Positions 1 to 9,338 of a stretch of 56,146 bases of DNA are shown piece by piece. The notes under the pieces are model-generated. The model searched no databases. It was not told the origin of the DNA and saw nothing but the letters and a program-made list of their open reading frames with translations. The position numbers and the translations under genes are program-made. Position 1 is the first letter of the stretch, and the number at the start of each line of letters is the position of its first letter. This stretch comes from an uncultured delta proteobacterium (GTDB lineage: Bacteria; Desulfobacterota; Binatia; UBA9968): the NCBI GenBank assembly GCA_963755715.1, contig CAVWLW010000010.1, positions 1 through 56,146 of the forward strand. The letters run 5' to 3'.

Positions 1-476
1 AGATCTCTTTGAGCAACTCAAGGCGCTTAGGCCATAGATCGGTGGCCATTAGAGACATTCCCGTGACATTACCTCCAGGCCGCGCGAGACTCGAAATAAA
101 GCCCGTGCCAACGGGATCACTCGAGCTGACGATCACGATAGGGATTGTTTGAGTTGCTTGTTTAAGAGCAAAAATAGCGGGGTTAGATCCGGTGAAGAGC
201 AGGTCGACCTTTAGTTGTACCAGTTCTGTTGCAAGTTCGGCCAGACGATCTCGCTTTCCCTCTGCATACCTAAACTTAAAAAACCTATGTTTTTCCCGTC
301 GACATAGCCAAGATCTCGAAGTCCTTGAAGGAAAAATTGGAAAGGTCCGTCTCATAACCGGCGCGCCGGGCCGTAGAATACCGATCCGCGGAATGCTTGC
401 AGGCTTCTGCGCTTGCGCGAAAGAAACCGCGGTGAGAAGGAAAGTTGCTATATACAACGATGGCTTTTCTATTCAT
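1..476 (-). CDS. ABC_sub_bind-type substrate-binding protein, array copy 1 (5' part, runs off window, frameshifted)
   Basis: Manual translation gives RYAEGKRDRLAELATELVQLKVDLLFTGS...TIPIV..SSDPVGTGFISSLARPGGNVTGMS...KRLELLKEI, closely matching the copy at 4703-5687. ATG at 476 follows GGGAG. Confidence 0.85.
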
Positions 477-518
477 ATTCTTGTTCTCCCCTTTTGCCGT
501 TTTGTCTTTTACTTTGCC

Positions 519-672
519 TTATCTGATATACTTTGTCTGCTCGCGCCAGCACATTCGGTGGAATCATCAGGCCGATCTGCTTGGCTGTTTCTAGATTGAT
601 GACGAAATGCAAACTTTGTAGCCTGCTCCAGCGGGCAAATCGCTAGGCTGCGCCCTTGATAATTTTATCTAG
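519..672 (-). pseudogene. orphan 3'-end fragment (~50 codons) of an ABC_sub_bind SBP gene
   Basis: Reads DKIIKGA..DLP.EQATKF.FVINLETAKQIGLMIPPNVLARADKV..stop. I see no SBP similarity upstream of ~672. Confidence 0.75.
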
Positions 673-789
673 GCTTTGACTCCATACCGAAGCGGGTGTC
701 GCGTCTTGCAGGGGAGCCGTGGACTAAGTTTTGAGACCCAACAACGCCCTGAAGAGATAAACGGTCGTTATAAATTCTGGCAGCGAATT

Positions 790-1105
790 TGTTGCTCGTC
801 AACGGGCCTTTGCCTTTTCTCAGCATTTTGCTGAGCTCGACGGCTGCACGCTCATAGATGTTGGCACGTGGTTCAAGCGCGACGATTTGCACCGTCGTAA
901 CCTGCTGATACGATAGATGACTCGTGACCTGGCCACCCGGTAGCTTCTCAAGCCTGCCAGGTTGTCCGTCCAACTCCTTAGCGCGATAGGGGTCATCAGA
1001 AATTGATCTCAGTGCAGTTTTGATTTTGGCTTTTAACTCAGGCGGAAGATGGCGTATGAGATCTCGCACCATTCGCGGCATTCTCCCAATGCGATAACCG
1101 GTCAT
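790..1105 (-). CDS. type II toxin, RelE/ParE family (frameshifted; 3' end approximate)
   Basis: MTGYRI..VRDLIRHLPPELKAKIKTALRSISDDPYRAKEL, then in an alternate frame GLRSYRVARSRVIYRI, then VQIVALEPRANIYE. Its ATG overlaps the upstream gene's TGA (ATGA). Confidence 0.8.
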
Positions 1106-1410
1106 TTCGGACGTTTGGCTGGTTTCAGCAAGTTCTGAAAACTTCCTCAAAAGTGAACCGTTCGGCCCTTCCTCCAAGCTGGCGCAGTCCTTGTTCTATA
1201 TTTCCTTCATCAGGGAGGTGGTTACGCATGATTTGTCTCTTCTGCCGTCGCTCTACCCCTTCTATACTCATCCGCACTCAGAAGAACAGCTCGCGGGCCG
1301 CCCATTTCGAGTAATGACAAGTCTTTGCTTTTTCTCTTTCACAGTCAGCCACTTAACTGGGCTCAGACTGAGCCCTTGGCTTCGGATAAAACTCAGCACT
1401 ACCCGTCCAC
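1102..1410 (-). CDS. type II antitoxin, Phd/YefM family (frameshifted; absent from ORF track)
   Basis: Stitched frames give VLSLSEAK.....VKEKKQRLVITRNGRP.AVLLSADEY...EIEQGLRQL...FEEVF, containing the Phd/YefM motif VITRNGRPxAVL. GGAG lies upstream of a GTG at 1410. Confidence 0.8.
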
Positions 1411-1518
1411 TAAAAACCGTCTCCTTGGGTATTAGACCCTAGGAATTCTAGAGCTAGCCTCCGGTTGGTCCACGTTTGTCAAAACCAGACAGATGGCTCT
1501 ATTGAACACCTCTTCGTC

Positions 1519-1565
1519 TCACCGAATGACCCGATCCGCACGCGCCAAAAAGTTGCGGAGGAACC
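1519..1565 (-). pseudogene. very short orphan 3'-end fragment of an ABC_sub_bind SBP gene
   Basis: Reads VPP.NFLARADRVIR-stop, lying just after the stop of the full copy that ends at 1589. Confidence 0.65.
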
Positions 1566-1588
1566 TTATTTCGATTTTGGATTGTCGT

Positions 1589-2643
1589 TCACCGGATTAC
1601 TTTATCGGCTCTAGCTCAAGACGTTGGGCGGAATCGTGAGTCCGATCTGCTTCGCGGTTTTCAGGTTGATCACAAACTCGAACTTCTTCGGCTGCTCGAC
1701 GGGCAAGTTTGCAGGTTTGCACGCCCTTTAAGATTTTATCCACGTAACTAGCGGCGCCGACCATCCAAGCTCAGCGAAGCTTACACCATATACCACATAA
1801 AGCCCGCCGGCTTCGACAAATGCTGCTCTGCTCGTTAAATCGTCGGGAGGCCGCTCTTGAAGGTGCGAGTTCGGCGATTTTTTTTCGGTTCGCACTTGCG
1901 ACGTCTCCTGCGAGCCCAGGAGGATTGCGTCAGCTCGTTCCCTTTGGGTTGTCTCGCGGAAGGAACGTTCAAAAATCATTGGCATTTACAACATCAGGAA
2001 ATACCGAAGCTTGATCCCTAAGAGGGCGCGGGGGGTTCAATTTCTTTTGACACTTGCGTATTGGCCCGGTTAGCCCGAGATATGAAGACGGCCAAGCGAG
2101 CTAACTTTGGAACGATTTCATGTGAGAAGCTCTACTTGTTTTCCGCTTAGCTCAAGGAGCAAGCCGGGATAGCCCTGGGCAGATTACCACCAGGCCGAGT
2201 AATAGGTTGGCGACAAACCCATTGCCGATCGGATCAGTAATCCTGCGCAAACACGATCGGAGTCGTAACGGCCGCCTTCTTAGCCTCGCGCACCGGTGGC
2301 TCCCCACCGGCCGCGACAATCATACTTCGAGCTTGAGATTCGTTAGCTCAGCGATGATTGAGCGCAACCGATCAGGGATTCGGAGTCTGGCACCGCGGAA
2401 CTCAAACCGGATTCGTTTCACTTTCGATGTAGCCGAGCTCACGCAGACCTGGCCGAAAGGCCTCTGACTGCTGGTGTTGCGTTAGAGGCAAGCGACGAGG
2501 CAGTTACCCATCCTATTCGTGGGACCTTCTCTCGGCTGCTGCGCCTCAGCGGGAACTGTCATGGAGTCAGAAGAGAGTGGCGCTGAAGTGCAAAGCAGAC
2601 TAACCACTTTTGGTTATTGATCCACTGGTGGCTTAGCGGACAT
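1589..2643 (-). CDS. ABC_sub_bind-type SBP, array copy 2 (heavily frameshifted)
   Basis: Recognisable fragments: signal peptide..[65 protein letters not shown]. Confidence 0.8.
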
Positions 2644-2649
2644 GACTTT

Positions 2650-3610
2650 TCATCTGATCACCTTGTCCGCTCTCGCCAGCACATTCGGCGGAATCGTCAG
2701 GCCGATCTGCTTGGCGGTCTTCAGGTTGATAACGAACTCAAATTTCGTCGGCAGCTCGACTGGAATGTCTGCGGGCTTAGCGCCTTTGAGAATTTTGTCG
2801 ACATACACGGGAATTCGCCTGTATAGCTCATCGAGGTTTGGCCCATAGGCCATGAGCCCCCCGGCTTCGACAGGTTCCTTGCGGCCGAACATGCTCGGGA
2901 GCCGGTGCTTCACGGCAAACTCCAGGATCTCCGTATGATGCGCGTTGGTTACGGGGTCGGAAAACTAGGAGACCGTTGGCTTTTTCCTTGATTATGGCAT
3001 CGAAGGCGGCGTCAACCTGCGCCGTTCTCTTACCTGATTATACGAAGAGTGATTCCCATGGCTCGGGCGGCGTTTTGCGTCTCCCTCAATTCGCGTTGTT
3101 CACCTGGATGCGCGGGATTTGCTAAAACGGCCACACGGGAGACTCCGGGCACAGCCTCCTTAATATTTCCAGCCGTTTACCGACAAGTTCAAAGGCCAGC
3201 TGGCTCATGCCCGTCATGTTTCTTCCCGGCCGCGCAAGGCTGTCAATAAAACCGCTTCAACCGGATCGCCGCTAAAGTTGAAAACAATCGGAATGGTCTC
3301 CGTGGCGTCTTAGCCGAACGAGCTGCCGGACCTGACGTTACGATCACTTCAACTTTCTCTCGAACCAATTCATCTGCCAACTCGAGTCAGTCGGAATCCT
3401 CGTGCCGACCGGTATTCGATAGATATTCTGACCTTCCGCATAGCCAAGCTCACGAAGACCTTGGCGGAAGACCTCATAGCCCGCGAAGGCCCGCTTGCCG
3501 AGCGAGAAAGCCTATCTTTCGAACTATGGGTAGCTTTGTTGGGCTTCGACTGGATGAAATAAAAACAGCACCAACGTTGCAAAGAGAGAAACGGTGGGCA
3601 TCCTTTTCAT
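2650..3610 (-). CDS. ABC_sub_bind-type SBP, array copy 3 (frameshifted)
   Basis: C-terminal ORF 2650-2913 ([61 protein letters not shown]). N-terminal signal peptide MKRMPTVSLFATLVLFLFHPVEAQQ. Confidence 0.85.
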
Positions 3611-3643
3611 GATTTTCTACCCTCCGCAATCGAAATCCAAAAT

Positions 3644-4640
3644 TCATTTGATGACCTTGTCCGCCCGCACCAGCACATTCGGCGGAATCGTGAGTCCGAT
3701 TTGCTTCGCCGCTTTCAGATTGATGATGAAATCGAACTTTCTCTGGCTGCTCCACCGGAAGGTCGGCGGGCTTTGTGCCTTTCAAAATCTTGTCCACATA
3801 GGCGGCGGCGCGCCGGGTCAGGTCGCTCCGGCTCACTCCATAGGTCATAAGCCCTCCGGCTTCCACCAGATCCCCCGTGTAATATATCGCCGGCAGCCGG
3901 TTCTTAACCGCAAGCTCGACAAGCTGCTTTCGCTGAGAATTGAGCAGAGGAATACCCAGCACAACGATTGCCTCAGCACCTCCCTTGCTCGCGGTTCGGA
4001 ACGCGGTCTCGATAGCCTTGGGATCTAGTAAGTCTAGGTATTGAAGCTTCAGGCCGAAGGTCTTTGCAGCGACTTCGACCTCTCTTAACGCTAGTGCGTT
4101 GCCCGGATTAGTTGAATTGCCGAGAATGGCCACACGGGATAACTTAGGAACGATCTCCTTCAGAAGCTCGAGTTGTTTGCTGCTCAACTCCGGGGCGAGC
4201 GTGGACAAGCCAGTAATGTTTCCACCAGGCCGCGCAAGGCTGGCGATGAACCCATTGCCAACAGGATCATTATCAAACGTCATGACAATGGGGATTGTGC
4301 TAGTCGCTTCCTTAGCAGCCCTCGTATCGGCCGGGCCAGCCGTGACAATGACGTCGACCTTGAGACGAATCAGCTCAGCCGCGAGTGCGGCAAGGTGATC
4401 GAGTTTTCCCTCCGCAGAGCGCCACTCAATGACAATGTTCTTCCCCTCCTCGTAACCAAGCTCGCGCAGCCCTTGAAGAAACGCTTCGTAGCGGGCCGCA
4501 TTAACAGACCGAGAGGAAGCGATCAGGAATCCTATCCGTGGGACTTTGAGCGGCTGCTGGGCTTGAGTGGTGGAGGCGGTTGTCAGCAAGATAATAGTTG
4601 TCAGGAACAAGACAAAAAATTTTCCAACCATCGCATTCAT
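3644..4640 (-). CDS. ABC_sub_bind-type SBP, array copy 4 (one frameshift near 3740)
   Basis: Signal peptide, [55 protein letters not shown]. The true C-terminus IPPNVLVRADKVIK is in another frame. Confidence 0.9.
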
Positions 4641-4702
4641 CGTTGTTTTTTCTCTGACGCCGGAGCCTATCCTGAGTATGTCGAAGAGCCTCACCACTTA
4701 CC

Positions 4703-5687
4703 TTACCGAATCACCCGATCCGCCCGCACCAGCACATTCGGCGGAATCGTCAGGCCGATCTGTTTCGCCGTATTGAGGTTAATCACCAGCTCGAACTTCG
4801 TCGGCTGCTCGACGGGTATGTCGGCCGGCTTGGTGCCTTTGAGAATCTTGTCCATTTGGACGGCGGCGCGACGAAATAAGTCGGGATAGCTCGGCCCATA
4901 GGATATGAGACCGCCAGCTTCGACCCAATCACTGCTTTGGAATATCGCCGGCAACGCGATTTTTTGCTAAAAAATCTAGAATACGCTTGCGGTAGGAAAT
5001 GAGGACTGGATCCATTAAGGCGAGGAACGCATCTGGTCGATCTTTAGTCATCACTGCAAAAACCACTTCGAGCTCATTCGGGTCTTTCACTCCTCGATCT
5101 TGCAACGCTACGCCCAACGGCCCTGCCACCTCTTGGGTCGCTTTCGCTTCGAGTGCCATGCCGTCATTGTTTTTATTCCAAAGCATGGCCACCCTTGAAA
5201 GCTTGGGAAAGATTTCCTTAAGCAGCTCTAGCCGCTTGGGCCATAAGTCGGAAGCTAGGCCAGACATGCCGGTGATGTTACCACCCGGGTGCGCGAGACT
5301 AGCGACAACGCCGGTTCCGATCGGATCGCTCGTGCTGAAGAAAACGATAGGGATTGTTTTAGTCGCTTGCTTAAGAGCGAAAAGGGCCGGTGTACCCGCG
5401 GTAAAGATCGCGTCGACTTTCAGTCGGACCAGTTCCGTTGCGAGCTCAGGAAGACGATCTTCCTTTCCCTCTGCATAGCGGTACTCAATAAGAATGTTCT
5501 TCCCCTCAATGTAGCCGAGTTCCCGCAGCCCCTGAACAAATACATCGAAGTTGGGGTTGGAATGAGGCGCACCGAGGTATAAAACACCAATCCGCGGTAT
5601 CGTCGCTTGTTTCTGCGCGTGGGCCGGATAGACCGGAGCAAAAATAAGTGTGGCCAAGATGAATAATGTAGAAGTTGCTTTTTTCAT
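4703..5687 (-). CDS. ABC_sub_bind-type SBP, array copy 5 (one frameshift near 4950)
   Basis: ORFs 4929-5705 and 4703-4954 join into one canonical protein. GGAG precedes MKKATSTLF. Confidence 0.9.
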
Positions 5688-5732
5688 GGATTTTTCTCCT
5701 TCCATTGACGCCTCATACGCTCGTGCCTGTTT

Positions 5733-6715
5733 TCACTTGATCACCTTCTTCGCGCGCGCCAGGACCTGCGGCGGAATGGTCACTCCGAGTTGCTTGGCGG
5801 TTTGTAAATTGATCGCCAGCTCGACGCTGTCGACGGTCTCGATCTTAAGGTCCTTCGGCGGAGTGCCGCTTAGCACTCGCTGAACGTACTTGGCGGAAAT
5901 CCGGCCGATCTCAAAATAATTCTGGCCGTAGCTCGCCAGTCCGCCTTTGGCGACGAGGCTTTGGTCCTGCAGCATGGTCGGCAACTTTTTCGCCTTGGCG
6001 GTGTCAATGATCAGCTGCGCCTTGGCCGACCACCATTGCGTCCGCGAGATAAAAAAACGCGTCGGCCTCATTGCTTTTGATTTCCTGCAGCGCTTTGCGC
6101 AGCTCGTCCACCGAGTTCACATGGCGTTCGATCAGCTTGAGCCCAAGCCGTTTCGCTTCTTCCCGCGCCAATGCAGCACCGTCCACAGCGACCTGATTTT
6201 TCGGATCGTAGATCGTCAGCACTCGACCGATTTTTGGCAGCATCTCCTTGAGAATCTCCAAACGCTTTGCCGTGAGGTCCTTCACCGGATAATGAACCCC
6301 GGTGAGCCTGCCGCCGGGCGTGGCGAAGTCGTTCACCAGCCCGAAGGCCACCGGGTCGCTGCCGATGCAGAACACAATCGGCGTATTGACCGTCGCTGCT
6401 TTCGCCGCCGCGATCACTGTGCTCGCCATTACGTAGAGCAGATTGACCTTTTCCTCGCTCGAAGTCTCGCGCCGCCTCTTCAGCTGCTTTCAGATCGCCC
6501 TTGGTGTCGCGAATGGCCAGCGTGAATTGTTTTCCTTCTTGCAGACCGAGTTCCTTCAGGCCGTGACGCAGCCCTTCAACGATCCCGTATAAGGGCCCCC
6601 CAGGCAGGATGACGCCGATACGCGGTACCTTCGACTGTTGTGCCGGCTGGGCGGCGGCGCAATAGATGAACGTGAAAGACCAAACAACGCTAAGGAAAAA
6701 TGTCTTGGTAATCAT
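5733..6715 (-). CDS. ABC_sub_bind-type SBP, array copy 6 (first gene of the array, most divergent, frameshifted)
   Basis: ORFs 6068-6865, 6004-6429 and 5733-6071 join: signal peptide, VPRIGVI, SDPVAFGLV..TPGGRLTG, GGLASYG, AINLQTAKQLGVTIPPQVLARAKKVIK. Confidence 0.88.
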
Positions 6716-6829
6716 AAATTTTTGACAGCCTTCCGGCAGGGTTGCATCGGCAAACCGAGCAACTAGATTTTTTTGGACCGATTTCGATAGCGGACAAACA
6801 GTGGGCACACGACGTCGGCGCTTTCTAGC

Positions 6830-6844
6830 GCAAGCTGCATACCA
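6830..6844 (-). promoter_or_regulatory. sigma-54 (-24/-12) promoter upstream of the SBP array
   Basis: Minus strand reads TGGTATG-CAGC-TTGC, matching TGGYAYR-N4-TTGC with exact spacing, ~115 bp upstream of the 6715 start. Confidence 0.75.
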
Positions 6845-6859
6845 CCCTTGGGTCGCCGG

Positions 6860-6872
6860 CAACAATTTGATT
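6860..6872 (-). promoter_or_regulatory. IHF-binding site
   Basis: Minus strand AATCAAATTGTTG matches WATCAANNNNTTR and lies between the -24 element and the upstream palindrome. Confidence 0.6.
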
Positions 6873-6941
6873 AAGCGTTGAATCCACAGGGATTTGCCGA
6901 TTAAGAAAATGCCATCGGCGCCCGCCGGAAATAGTAGGGGA

Positions 6942-6975
6942 GTCGTTTTGCTACACCTGGTAGCAAGAGTGCGAC
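6942..6975. promoter_or_regulatory. putative upstream activating sequence for a bacterial enhancer-binding protein
   Basis: Palindrome TTGCTAC-ACCTG-GTAGCAA (6948-6966) with outer GTCG/CGAC, ~105-120 bp upstream of the -24 element. Confidence 0.5.
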
Positions 6976-7045
6976 GGGGGTGGTGCGGGTATGTGGCGAG
7001 CAGTGAGGTGGATCCCCGTATCCCTGACGCCTAACTCTTGCCTCC

Positions 7046-8389
7046 TTATGTTATCCGGAGAGCTTTGAGCAGTTTCATTAAATGAGTGCGATGCAGACCT
7101 AGTGTCTTGGCGGCGCCGGCGCGGTTGCCTTGGGCGTCGGCGAGGGCGCGAACGATCAGCTCGCGTCGATAACTATTGATGGCGTCGTGGTAGGACACCT
7201 CATGCGGCACAGTGGCAGGTTGGGCGCCGACGACTCGGGCGGGCAAGTGATGACGGGTCAATTCCGGTCCATCCGCCAGGACGACGGCGCGCTCGATGAC
7301 GTTGGCGAGCTCGCGAATGTTGCCGGGCCAATGGTAGGCGATAAGTTTATTGCGGGCTTCGTCGGTTATGTTGGCAAAGCTCTTCTTGGTTTCGGCGGAA
7401 AATCGTTCGAGAAAAAAGTTCGCAAGGGCGGGAATATCTTCTTTTCTTTCGCGTAAAGGCGGCAGCGTGAGCGCGATCACGTTCAGGCGGTGATAGAGAT
7501 CTTCGCGGAACGTGCCGCTTTTCATGGCCGCGTCAAGCTCGTGGTTCGTCGCGGCGATGATGCGCAGATCCACCGCGATGGACGTGTTGCCGCCGACCCG
7601 CTCAAATTCCCGTTCTTGGAGGACGCGCAAGAGTTTTGTTTGCAATTCCAGGGCGAGATCGCCGATCTCGTCGAGGAACACCGTGCCGCCGTGTGCCAGT
7701 TCCAACTTGCCCTTCTTGAGCTGGTGCGCCCCGGTGAAAGCCCCTTTCTCGTGACCGAAAAGTTCACTCTCCAACAACTCTTTGGCGAGGCCGGCGCAGT
7801 TGATGGCGACGAATGGCTTCAGCCTCCGGTCGCTCCAATTATGAATCGACCTAGCGAAGAGCTCTTTGCCGGTGCCGCTTTCACCGAGAAGCAGCACGGT
7901 GGCTTTGCTCGCGGCGGCTTTGCGCGCTTCCGTTACGATCTGCCGCATGGCTTCGCTGTCGCCCGCGATTAAGCGGTGGCGGCCACCGAGCTCCTCGGCA
8001 AAGAATTCAACATCGGAGCGAAGCTTCGCCCGTTCCAGATTTTTTTTAACCACCAACGCGAGATGTTCGGGATCGAACGGCTTGGTGATGAAATCGTCGG
8101 CGCCGGCCTTGATCGCTTCCACCGCGAGCTCGATGCTGCCGTGCGCGGTGACGATTACAACGGGTAGGTCTTTGTGGGTCTTGCGAATGGCGTGCAAAAC
8201 CTCGATGCCATTCATTCCGGGCATCAGATAGTCGAGAAGGACCAGCTCGGGAGGGAGCTTATCGAGCTCAGACAACGCCTGCGCGCCGTCGCTGGCCCGC
8301 TCGACGGCGTAGCCCAAGTCGGTCAGCTCCTGTTCGAGCACATCGAGATTGAACGGCTCGTCGTCGACGATTAAAATTTTGCTCGACAT
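7046..8389 (-). CDS. sigma-54-dependent response regulator (NtrC/AtoC family: REC-AAA+-Fis HTH)
   Basis: REC domain (ILIVDD, LLDYLMP, KPF), Walker A GESGTGKE, GAFTGA loop, FLDEIG, WPGNIREL, C-terminal HTH. Confidence 0.95.
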   Translation of the reverse strand: MSSKILIVDDEPFNLDVLEQELTDLGYAVERASDGAQALSELDKLPPELVLLDYLMPGMNGIEVLHAIRKTHKDLPVVIVTAHGSIELAVEAIKAGADDFITKPFDPEHLALVVKKNLERAKLRSDVEFFAEELGGRHRLIAGDSEAMRQIVTEARKAAASKATVLLLGESGTGKELFARSIHNWSDRRLKPFVAINCAGLAKELLESELFGHEKGAFTGAHQLKKGKLELAHGGTVFLDEIGDLALELQTKLLRVLQEREFERVGGNTSIAVDLRIIAATNHELDAAMKSGTFREDLYHRLNVIALTLPPLRERKEDIPALANFFLERFSAETKKSFANITDEARNKLIAYHWPGNIRELANVIERAVVLADGPELTRHHLPARVVGAQPATVPHEVSYHDAINSYRRELIVRALADAQGNRAGAAKTLGLHRTHLMKLLKALRIT

Positions 8390-8555
8390 GGCTAGGCGTT
8401 TAGTTTTGTCTTGGCTCGTGGATCAGGGCACGGTCAGATCGACAAGATCGCCTTGACTCTATCCTTCGGCGCGCCGAATTTCCTTTCGCGGGCTATACTT
8501 TCTCCTTCGAGCCCTACCCTCCTGGCAACTTATCGCAACCCGCATGACTCTGCAC

Positions 8556-9059
8556 TTAAAAAAATCGAATCACCCAACCGCTCAACCAATTGTCGACGCC
8601 GAAACCCGCGCTACCGCGCGCCGCGAAATAAATCGCCGCCGCAACCAACACCAGATTATCGCGTAGGCCCACTTCGTGCGAATGGTAAGACTGCCGGTCG
8701 AAAGAGCGAAAATAGTTTTGCGCTTTTTCATCCTGGAGCGCTGCCTTCACGACCGGCACCATCGTCGGCAAAACTTTCAACCAGTGCCAGTGCAAAGCAA
8801 AGGTCGGGATCAGAAAAATGACGATCATGACCGCCGAAATAGGAGTCTGGATACCCGCGGCGAGCCCGAAACCGCCGACGACCATTAGAAATGTCGCGAC
8901 GAAACCGAAAAACGTCGCGCCCTTTGGGAATAAGATGCTCGCGGTATTCACCGGATTGGGCCAGCGGCGCACGTTGCTCAGACCGCTGATCAACATACGC
9001 CAGCCGAGAATAACCCGCAGAATCGCTTCGGTCATTATGACTAATGTCGAGTGGTCCAA
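8556..9059 (-). CDS. DoxX-like membrane protein
   Basis: Hydrophobic helices with ILRVILG, GGFGLAAG..T, FLIPTFALHW, RDNLVL...GSAGFGVD. Likely TTG start at 9059 after GGAG, or ATG at 9035. Confidence 0.7.
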   Translation of the reverse strand: MDHSTLVIMTEAILRVILGWRMLISGLSNVRRWPNPVNTASILFPKGATFFGFVATFLMVVGGFGLAAGIQTPISAVMIVIFLIPTFALHWHWLKVLPTMVPVVKAALQDEKAQNYFRSFDRQSYHSHEVGLRDNLVLVAAAIYFAARGSAGFGVDNWLSGWVIRFF

Positions 9060-9293
9060 TGATTTCTCCTGTGGAAGCGCTTGGATAGAATTTCGCCGCA
9101 CTATAATCGGCGCCAGGAGCGCGGTCAATTTGCCGCGGCCAAAGCTCGCCATGACGATGCGCATCGCAGCGACCGTGACACTCAGGTCACGAATTGCACC
9201 GGCGCCGGTAAAATTTGTCCAATTGACAACCATTTATGCTTGTTTCCTCAATAAAATTTCTTTATTATGCAGCGGTTAGCGATCGCTTTTCTC

Positions 9294-9308
9294 TGGCACG
9301 GCGGTTGC
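9294..9308 (+). promoter_or_regulatory. sigma-54 (-24/-12) promoter upstream of the lytic transglycosylase
   Basis: TGGCACG-GCGG-TTGC is a perfect consensus, ~30 bp before the ATG at 9339 (RBS AAGGAG). An AT-rich tract lies upstream. Confidence 0.8.
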
Positions 9309-9338
9309 TCAAGCCCCAGCCTGGCAAAGGAGTTGGCA

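Noticed and set aside
1-6715. SBP and TA genes as true pseudogenes or programmed frameshifts
   Set aside because: Indels are densest at both window ends and hit unrelated genes, while the centre (e.g. the 5.7-kb uvrA) is clean. This pattern fits sequencing or consensus error.
1-6715. Classical integron, shufflon or diversity-generating retroelement
   Set aside because: I recognised no tyrosine recombinase, attC-like hairpins, reverse transcriptase or adenine-specific TR/VR pair.
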